From positions 1 through 18,898 of the forward strand of contig JBBIOR010000021.1 in NCBI GenBank assembly GCA_037443265.1: a stretch of 18,898 bases of DNA, read 5' to 3'. A model generated the notes under the pieces. The model had not been told where the DNA came from, ran no database searches, and saw only the letters and a program-made list of their open reading frames with translations. The first letter of the stretch is position 1. Every line of letters starts with the position of its first letter. The stretch is from Candidatus Fraserbacteria bacterium. Lineage in GTDB: Bacteria > Bipolaricaulota > Bipolaricaulia > RBG-16-55-9. The position numbers and the translations under genes are program-made. Positions 8,473 to 14,961 of the stretch are shown here, piece after piece.

Positions 8473-9742
8473 GGAGATTCCCAAAACCCTGGGGCAGGAG
8501 GTCTTGATCTGCGGCTGGCTCTACCGCAAGCGCTCCAGCGGGAGCATTCAATTCCTGCTCATCCGCGATGGCAGTGGCCTCCTCCAGGGGGTCGTCACCA
8601 AGAAGAACGCAAAGGCGTTTCAACTGGCCGAAAGACTCACGCAAGAGTCGTCCATCAAAGTGCGGGGTGTGGCCAAGGAAGATGCGCGTGCGCCCAGCGG
8701 GTATGAGCTGGCCATTCAAGATATTGAGCTGGTGCATCTGGCCTGTGACTATCCCATCACGCCCAAGGAGCACGGCCCGGGGTTCCTGCTCGATCATCGG
8801 CATCTGTGGATCCGCTCGCCCAGGCAGGGGGCGATCTTAAGAATCCGCCATGAAGTGATGCAGGCCATCCGTGATTTCTTTCATGAGCGCGGTTTCATCG
8901 CCACGGAATCTCCGATTCTGACGCCCCTCTCCGTCGAGGGGACTACCACGCTCTTTGAAGTGCCCTATTTTGACGAGAAGGCGTATCTCTCCCAAAGTGG
9001 CCAGCTCTATCTGGAAGCGACGGCGATGGCGCTGGGAAGAGTCTACTGGATCGGACCCACCTTCCGCGCGGAGCGCTCCAAGACGAGGAAGCACCTGACG
9101 GAGTTCTGGATGGCCGAGGCGGAGATGGCCTATTTCGATCACCCAGCGAATATGCAACTGCAAGAAGAGCTCGTAAAACACATCGTCGAGCGGGTGCTCA
9201 AGAATCGCCGGCGCGAACTTAAGACTTTGGAGCGGGATACGAACAAGCTCGAGCAGGCCATTCGCGACCCCTTTGCGCGCATTACGTATAGAGAAGCGCT
9301 GGAGATCTTGAAAGAGCGCGGCCTTCCCAAGGAGTGGGCCGATGACTTTGGAGCTCCCGATGAGGAGGCCCTCGCGGAGCATTTTGGGAAGCCCGTCTTC
9401 ATCGAGAGATTTCCGGCCCAGATGAAGGCCTTCTACATGGAGCCGGACCCGGAGAACCCCGAGCTGGTGCTGGCAGCGGATCTTTTAGCGCCCGAAGGCT
9501 ATGGCGAGCTGATCGGGGGCAGCCAGCGCATCTCCAATGAAGAAGTGCTCATTAAGAAGCTGGAGCAGTTCCATCTGCCGCGCGAGCCCTATGAATGGTA
9601 CATCGATCTTAGGCGATACGGGTCCGTGCCGCACGCGGGCTTTGGCCTGGGGGTAGAGAGGACGGTCGCGTGGATCTGCGGTGTGGAGCACCTGCGCGAA
9701 TGCATTCCCTTCCCCAGGATGCTCTATCGCTTGCGGCCATAG
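8453..9742 (+). CDS. asnS: Asparagine--tRNA ligase
   Basis: N-terminal OB fold ([22 protein letters not shown]), [11 protein letters not shown], motif 2 [31 protein letters not shown] and motif 3 [31 protein letters not shown] at 8439-8445. Confidence 0.95.
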   Translation: MEPMRIEEIPKTLGQEVLICGWLYRKRSSGSIQFLLIRDGSGLLQGVVTKKNAKAFQLAERLTQESSIKVRGVAKEDARAPSGYELAIQDIELVHLACDYPITPKEHGPGFLLDHRHLWIRSPRQGAILRIRHEVMQAIRDFFHERGFIATESPILTPLSVEGTTTLFEVPYFDEKAYLSQSGQLYLEATAMALGRVYWIGPTFRAERSKTRKHLTEFWMAEAEMAYFDHPANMQLQEELVKHIVERVLKNRRRELKTLERDTNKLEQAIRDPFARITYREALEILKERGLPKEWADDFGAPDEEALAEHFGKPVFIERFPAQMKAFYMEPDPENPELVLAADLLAPEGYGELIGGSQRISNEEVLIKKLEQFHLPREPYEWYIDLRRYGSVPHAGFGLGVERTVAWICGVEHLRECIPFPRMLYRLRP

Positions 9743-9746
9743 ACCC

Positions 9747-9775
9747 TTGCGGCCGATGCGGGGCTGTGCTATACT
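9747..9775 (+). promoter_or_regulatory. sigma70 promoter with extended -10 for rpsF-ssb-rpsR
   Basis: TTGCGG (9747-9752), 17-bp spacer, TATACT (9770-9775), with TG at 9767-9768 (TGcTATACT). Confidence 0.75.
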
Positions 9776-9796
9776 GCTGGCTCGAGGTGGTCTGGA

Positions 9797-10117
9797 CTGG
9801 AACGCACCTACGAGGTCCTTTATATTATCAAGCCGGATATTGCCGAGGGCGAGTACGACCAGGTCATCCAGCGCTATGAGCAGGCCGTGGCGGAGAACGG
9901 TGGCCGGGTGCTAAACCTTGACGAATGGGGAAGCCGCTCCTTTGCCTATGAGATTGCGAACTACCATAAGGGCTATTATGTATTGATGACCTTCGTCCTC
10001 GATCCGAAGCAGCTGCCGGCCCTTGAGGAACGCTTCCAGCTGGACGAGCGGGTGCTGCGCCATCAGATCGTGCGTCAGGAGGAGGCGGCGCGCGTTCAAA
10101 GCCCAGTGGCGGCCTGA
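9797..10117 (+). CDS. rpsF: 30S ribosomal protein S6 (bS6), probable CTG start
   Basis: The frame of ORF 9887..10117 extends upstream to (M)ERTYEVLYIIKPDIAEGEYDQVIQRYEQAVAENGG, the canonical S6 N-terminus. Also EWGSRSFAYEI, KGYYVL and VLRH. SD GAGGTG at 9784-9789 lies 7 nt before CTG 9797. rpsF-ssb-rpsR synteny. Confidence 0.93.
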   Translation: MERTYEVLYIIKPDIAEGEYDQVIQRYEQAVAENGGRVLNLDEWGSRSFAYEIANYHKGYYVLMTFVLDPKQLPALEERFQLDERVLRHQIVRQEEAARVQSPVAA

Positions 10118-10129
10118 GGGGGGAGAACC

Positions 10130-10558
10130 ATGGCCGGGCTCAATCGAGTCATCTTGATTGGAAATCTCACAGATGATCCGGAGCTGCGCTATACCCAGAA
10201 CGGAGTAGCCCGGACCCGCTTCTCAATAGCCGTCAATCGCAAGTACCGCGATCGGGAAGGCAACGTGCAGGAAGAGACGACATTCGTGCCCATTGTGGTC
10301 TGGGGGCCGCAGGCGGAGAACTGCGCCAATTATCTGGAGAAGGGTCGCTTGGTGGCCGTAGACGGCCGGCTGCGCATTGGCACGTTTGAGACCGAGGAGG
10401 GCGAGCGCCGCAAGGTGGCCGAAGTGATCGCGGAAACGGTGCAGTTTTTGGGCAGCCCCGCTCGACGCGACACAGACGAGCCCTCCACAGCCCCCTCTCA
10501 GGAGGCCGAGACGCCGCCGGAGCCGGAGAAGACGGGAGAAGAGGAGGTTCCCTTTTGA
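10130..10558 (+). CDS. ssb: Single-stranded DNA-binding protein
   Basis: [30 protein letters not shown] and acidic C-terminal tip EEEVPF. Purine-rich SD upstream. Confidence 0.97.
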   Translation: MAGLNRVILIGNLTDDPELRYTQNGVARTRFSIAVNRKYRDREGNVQEETTFVPIVVWGPQAENCANYLEKGRLVAVDGRLRIGTFETEEGERRKVAEVIAETVQFLGSPARRDTDEPSTAPSQEAETPPEPEKTGEEEVPF

Positions 10559-10779
10559 ACCCTGTGCGCCGAAAACCGCGTCAGATGTGCGAGGTCTGCA
10601 AGCATAGTATCGAGCTGACCTACAAGCGACCGGAGGAGCTGCGTCGCTATGTCAATCGCTTGGGGAAGATCCTCCCCCGGCGGGTGAGTCGCCTGTGTGC
10701 CAAGCACCAGAGGCGGGTCAGCCGGGAGATCCGGCGGGCCCGGGTGATGGCGCTTCTGCCTTACGTGGTCGAGGCGTAA
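10555..10779 (+). CDS. rpsR: 30S ribosomal protein S18 (bS18), zinc-binding form
   Basis: [23 protein letters not shown] and [13 protein letters not shown] start overlaps the ssb stop (TTGA), with SD GAGGAGG at 10541-10547. Confidence 0.95.
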   Translation: MNPVRRKPRQMCEVCKHSIELTYKRPEELRRYVNRLGKILPRRVSRLCAKHQRRVSREIRRARVMALLPYVVEA

Positions 10780-10812
10780 GGCCCCCTTTCCGCCGCACCA
10801 GGCTGAGCTTCC

Positions 10813-11535
10813 ATGGAATGGGGCATCCTCGGCGCGATAGCGAGCATCATCCTGATTGATCTTGTGCTCAGTGGGGACAACGCGCTGGTCATCGGGATGG
10901 CTGCCCGAGAACTTCCAAATCGTCAGCGGAAGTGGGCCATCCTTTGGGGGACAGGCGTGGCCATCCTGCTGCGCGTCGCGTTCACTGCGCTTACCGCTCT
11001 CTTGTTCTTCAGCGTGACTGGGCTGCGTCTGATCGGGGGACTACTGCTCATCTGGATCGCGGTCAAGCTTCTGGTCAGACCTCCGGCCGGTAGACTGGCA
11101 GCGGATAAAGAGGATGCAGCCGTAAGCCACAGTCTATGGGAAGCCATTCGGATCATCGTGATTGCTGATGTGGTGATGAGCCTGGACAACATCCTGGCTG
11201 TGGCCGGAGCCTCCCGGGGGCACCTGGGCCTGCTCGTCTTCGGACTTGCGCTCAGCATCCCGATCCTGATGGGTGGGGCAGCCCTCGTGGCGTATCTGAT
11301 GAGGCGCATGCCCTGGCTCATCTGGCTGGGGGGAGGAGTGCTCGCCTGGGTCGCCGGAGAGATGATCGTGGGCGACCCGCTGCTGCATGAGCGCCTGACA
11401 GAACTGCTGCCTGCGCTCTTGTGGCTCATCCCGCTGACGATCACCCTCGGTGTGGTGATCGCTTCTTACCTCTGGTATATGCGCAGAAGTCCCGTGACCC
11501 CGCTGGTCAGCCCCAGCCATCCTCCCAAGCGTTAG
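10813..11535 (+). CDS. TerC family integral membrane protein (YjbE-like)
   Basis: IILIDLVLSGDNALVIGMAARELP and IVIADVVMSLDNILAVAGA, the two TerC acidic motifs, plus LLVFGLALSIP. Confidence 0.93.
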   Translation: MEWGILGAIASIILIDLVLSGDNALVIGMAARELPNRQRKWAILWGTGVAILLRVAFTALTALLFFSVTGLRLIGGLLLIWIAVKLLVRPPAGRLAADKEDAAVSHSLWEAIRIIVIADVVMSLDNILAVAGASRGHLGLLVFGLALSIPILMGGAALVAYLMRRMPWLIWLGGGVLAWVAGEMIVGDPLLHERLTELLPALLWLIPLTITLGVVIASYLWYMRRSPVTPLVSPSHPPKR

Positions 11536-11564
11536 GGAAAGAGCACCGAGCTTCTGCAGGCAGG

Positions 11565-12515
11565 CTATGGGAAAAGTACCTCAAATCCTTCGGGGAAAAG
11601 ATCTGCGCGATAGATCTTGAAGGGGCCTTTGGAAGAGTCGTGGGGCGTGACTACAAGACCCAGGAACTCGCCGTCCAAGGTCAGGAGTCGAAGCCCCTCG
11701 GAGCTGTCGCCCTGCGCTCCCTCCAATTTGAGAGAGTACTGATCGACTTCCCGCTCGCTTGCGGTCGCTCGATCGCGAATCTTAAGAGGAGCTAGCCTTA
11801 TGATCTCCAAGGAGACCAGCGGGGACTTTGAGTCACGCGCGGGCTCAGCCGTCGAGTGAGAGAAACCTGAAGCCACAAACACCCTCAAATGCGTCCGCTC
11901 CTCGCCGGTGAGTAGCTTCGTCGCCAGGGTGTAGGAGCTGAACAGGCCGAGAACTGCGAAACGCCCGGGGAGTGCGTCGATCTCCTGCTCACGGCCGTCC
12001 GTAAGGACCTGCGCTCGTCCGCTTTCGAACTGGATCTGCATGCTATGATCTCCCAAGCCCAGAGGCCCCCAGATCTCCCCAGAGAAAAAGAGCGGCTTCC
12101 AGTCGGCATTCGAGCGGATCTCTTGAGTGTATTCGACTTTGACGTCAGCGACCATCACTCTCACCGAGAAGTGTCCCTTGGAGATCAAGCGGTAGTCGCC
12201 TGTGGGCAGGCGCTCCAGGCGATACGTCTCCTCGCCCAATCTCTGATTCCGGGCTTCGAGGACGAGCCGGCCCGACTCCACCAGCTGCACGGCCGAATCC
12301 GAGGGAGCCGAAAGCCCGTCTGTGCTCAGCAGCGGGTGTAGCTTCTGAGTCTGGGGATATGCCTTCGTCAGCTGCTCTGATGCGGAGTTCACTGGCTTCT
12401 TGCGAGAAGAATCCAGTGGTCCGCGCATCCAGACGAGTGCTGTAATCAGAGCCAAAAGCGCGATCATCAACAGTGGCCAGCGAATCTTTCCCTGGCTCTT
12501 GAAGAGTCTGCGCAA
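11565..12515 (-). CDS. Hypothetical exported or membrane-anchored protein, predicted beta-rich
   Basis: 316-aa ORF with a basic N-terminus plus hydrophobic helix (KIRWPLLMIALLALITALVWM), a linker, then alternating-pattern strands (LGEETYRLE, VEYTQEI). TTG start 3 nt after the MFS stop, with SD-like GGGTGA. Confidence 0.75.
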   Translation of the reverse strand: MRRLFKSQGKIRWPLLMIALLALITALVWMRGPLDSSRKKPVNSASEQLTKAYPQTQKLHPLLSTDGLSAPSDSAVQLVESGRLVLEARNQRLGEETYRLERLPTGDYRLISKGHFSVRVMVADVKVEYTQEIRSNADWKPLFFSGEIWGPLGLGDHSMQIQFESGRAQVLTDGREQEIDALPGRFAVLGLFSSYTLATKLLTGEERTHLRVFVASGFSHSTAEPARDSKSPLVSLEIIRLAPLKIRDRATASEREVDQYSLKLEGAQGDSSEGLRLLTLDGEFLGLVVTPHDSSKGPFKIYRADLFPEGFEVLFP

Positions 12516-12518
12516 GCT

Positions 12519-13727
12519 TCAATCACCCGCTTCTTCTGAGATGGCGGTGCGTCGGCCCAAGAGGGAGCCTGCACCAAGCCAAGTCAGTAAGAAGAGCACG
12601 CCGGCCATCACATACGGGTATTGATAGCCCAGGAGATCGAAGATCAGGCCGCCCAGCAGGGGCCCTACAATCCGACCCAGGCTCAGATATGAGTTGAGCA
12701 CGCCCATGATGATGCCCTGTTGCTCAGGTGGAGTCCGCTTCGAGATCAGAGACGAGATGGCCGGGCTGAGCAAGGAGCTTCCGAGGCTCACAAGCGCGAT
12801 GAGCCCCAGGAGGCTGGGCCCATCATAGGCGTAAATTAGGCCCAGGAAGCCCACGGCGCTTAGGGCCAGCCCCATGTGAATCACGCGCTCCTCCCCCCAA
12901 TGGCGGATCATCCGCCCGACGAATAGTCCCTGTCCTAGGGCGCTGATGAGGCCAAAGGCCACGAAGATCTCTCCCATCTCCCCTTCGCCGAAGCCGAGCT
13001 TAATTTCGGAGAAGAGCGCAAATGTCGCAAAGAGGCTGGCCAGCGCCAGATTGCTGATGAACCCTAAGATCAAAATGAACCCGGCCGGAGTGCGCAGCGT
13101 GTGTATCAGCGACCCCGATGGTGAGCGAGGTGCGGGCGAAGCTTTGCTGGTCCCTTCTTGAACGCGCCCTTTGAGCGACTCCGGCAAGAAGAGCGCGGCG
13201 AAGCCGGCCACGAGCAGCGTAAACGCTGCGGCGACGAAGAAGGGGATAGCTGGGCTCCCCACACCTAAAAAGCCCCCGATGGCGGGGCCGAAGATCAGGC
13301 CCAGTCCCATGGCCGCGCCCATCAGCCCCATGCCCTGCCCGCGCTGCTCCGGCCCGGTGGAATCGGCCACGTAGGCCATGGCCGTGGGCAGGACAGCAGA
13401 AGAGAGCATACCTCCTAGCATACGGGCGACATAGAGCATCCAGAGCGACGTGGCGAGCCCGAAGAGCACAAAAGAGAGGGCCATGCCCGCCAGTCCCACC
13501 AGCAGAACGGGCCGGCGGCCAATGCGATCGGAATAGCGCCCCCAAAATGGAGAGAACAGAAATTGCATCAACGAGAAGCTGGCAAATAGCAGGCCGAGAT
13601 GGGTGGCAGAAGCCCCCAGGCTCTCGGCATAGAAGGGCAAAATCGGCAGGATGATGCCGAAGCCCACCATCACCATCAGCAACGTAAGAGCTAGTATGAC
13701 CAGCTGTCGTTTCTGTTGAAAGTTCAT
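12519..13727 (-). CDS. MFS transporter, DHA1/TetA-like drug:H+ antiporter family
   Basis: Motif A WGRYSDRIGRRPVLL, motif B ARMLGG, motif C GLIFGPAIGG, LPES and about 12 TM segments. Start ATG 13727; GTG 13739 is an alternative. Confidence 0.92.
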   Translation of the reverse strand: MNFQQKRQLVILALTLLMVMVGFGIILPILPFYAESLGASATHLGLLFASFSLMQFLFSPFWGRYSDRIGRRPVLLVGLAGMALSFVLFGLATSLWMLYVARMLGGMLSSAVLPTAMAYVADSTGPEQRGQGMGLMGAAMGLGLIFGPAIGGFLGVGSPAIPFFVAAAFTLLVAGFAALFLPESLKGRVQEGTSKASPAPRSPSGSLIHTLRTPAGFILILGFISNLALASLFATFALFSEIKLGFGEGEMGEIFVAFGLISALGQGLFVGRMIRHWGEERVIHMGLALSAVGFLGLIYAYDGPSLLGLIALVSLGSSLLSPAISSLISKRTPPEQQGIIMGVLNSYLSLGRIVGPLLGGLIFDLLGYQYPYVMAGVLFLLTWLGAGSLLGRRTAISEEAGD

Positions 13728-13821
13728 GAATCCATCCACTCACAGGGCAAGCTTGAACGCGTATGATACAGGAAGAAGACTCCTAAATCTGCGGGCCAGT
13801 GCGCTCAAAGCAACGCCGTGT

Positions 13822-13850
13822 ACTATAGCAGAGGGCGAGTGCTGCGTCAA
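13822..13850 (-). promoter_or_regulatory. Near-consensus sigma70 promoter for the MFS-hypothetical operon
   Basis: Minus strand TTGACG (13850-13845), 17-bp spacer, TATAGT (13827-13822), with extended -10 TG (TGcTATAGT). Confidence 0.8.
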
Positions 13851-13857
13851 GACTTCA

Positions 13858-13887
13858 TTCATAAGAGTCTCTAGGCTATGCTATACT
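13858..13887 (+). promoter_or_regulatory. Extended -10 promoter for the exonuclease-helicase pair
   Basis: TGcTATACT at 13879-13887, possible -35 TTCATA at 13858-13863, SD GGAGGG at 13895-13900. Confidence 0.7.
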
Positions 13888-13905
13888 CATGAGCGGAGGG
13901 CAAAA

Positions 13906-14961
13906 GTGGTGCTCAATCTGGATCAGATTGCCCGCAAGCTACGCGAACGGGTGGAAGGTGCCGTCGAATCGGAGCTATTCTCTCCCGAGACCGAGTCGAT
14001 CTATGGGTTGGCGCGTCTTTCGTACAGCGATTTCCAGCGGGCCATGCGGCTCAAGGCCGAGCTCCTCCACGAATTTGAGGGCAGGGCGCTTAAGGAGTGC
14101 TATGCGACACAAGTCGTCCAGAACGAGTATGGGACTTGTCTTAAGGTGCTCCATCGCGTCCCGATGGAGATTTCGCTCGGAGATCAAAATGAGTGCCGCC
14201 GGGCTCTTTATTCTGAGCTGAAGTTCCTCTACGGCATTGGCCCTGCTGTGGAAGCGCGCCTGCGGGCTCTGGGCTACCAGACATTGAGCGATCTTATCGC
14301 TCACCCACGCTGGGGACAGGAAGCTCGCTGGATTATAAGCCAGCTGAGACAGCAAGACGTAAAGACGCTAGAGTGCTTGATCCATCGCTGGTTTCCCGTC
14401 TCCAATCCTCTGGGCCTGAAGCTCTTGGGGATGATCTCCCAAGAGCAGCTGAGGATCTTCGATCTGGAAAGTTTAGGGCTCTTCGGGCGCCCCGTGGTGC
14501 TCTTAGGGCTAGCACGCCCGCAAGACGGCGGCTTGGAGATCCATCAATACTTGGCACGAAATATCATGGAAGAGCTCCCGGCCCTCCTGGAGATCAGCCG
14601 CGTCCTGGGAGAGGCGCTGGCCATCGTCACTTACAACGGGCGCGCTTTCGATATGAATCTTTTAGAGGAGCGCTGGAGCTATTATAACCTCGCTGTGGAA
14701 CTTGACCCCGTCTATTTCGATCTCTTGCCACATGCGCGGCGTCAGTTCCGCGAGCGACTCCCGGATGCGAGACTGGAGACGCTCTCAAAGCATCTGGGCC
14801 TAAAACGCGTGATGGACATGCCCAGCGCCCTGGTGCCCGATTTCTACAACACCTATCTGGAGACACAGAACATCGGCCCGCTCATCCCAATCATTGAGCA
14901 CAACAAGCACGATCTGATCACCTTGGCTGTGCTCCTTACGGAGTTCTGTCGATGTCCGTGA
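13906..14961 (+). CDS. YprB/MrfB-like RNase H-fold DEDDh 3'-5' exonuclease with a helix-hairpin-helix motif
   Basis: ExoI IFDLESLG, ExoII VTYNGRAFD, ExoIII IIEHNKHDL and HhH LYGIGPAVEARLRALGYQTLSDL. Start reset to GTG 13906 or 13909 after SD GGAGGG; the 13726 start would overlap the MFS leader and promoter. Confidence 0.85.
   Translation: MVLNLDQIARKLRERVEGAVESELFSPETESIYGLARLSYSDFQRAMRLKAELLHEFEGRALKECYATQVVQNEYGTCLKVLHRVPMEISLGDQNECRRALYSELKFLYGIGPAVEARLRALGYQTLSDLIAHPRWGQEARWIISQLRQQDVKTLECLIHRWFPVSNPLGLKLLGMISQEQLRIFDLESLGLFGRPVVLLGLARPQDGGLEIHQYLARNIMEELPALLEISRVLGEALAIVTYNGRAFDMNLLEERWSYYNLAVELDPVYFDLLPHARRQFRERLPDARLETLSKHLGLKRVMDMPSALVPDFYNTYLETQNIGPLIPIIEHNKHDLITLAVLLTEFCRCP

Noticed and set aside
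13741..13821. Known RNA families (fluoride or yybP-ykoY riboswitch, SRP RNA) for the MFS leader
   Set aside because: Only short fragments resemble them (GACTCCTA, CAGGAAGAAG, both on the non-transcribed strand) and the partner motifs are missing. Kept only as an unclassified candidate.
13726..13905. Extended N-terminus of the exonuclease
   Set aside because: It runs across the MFS leader and both promoters. The SD at 13895-13900 supports GTG 13906 or 13909.
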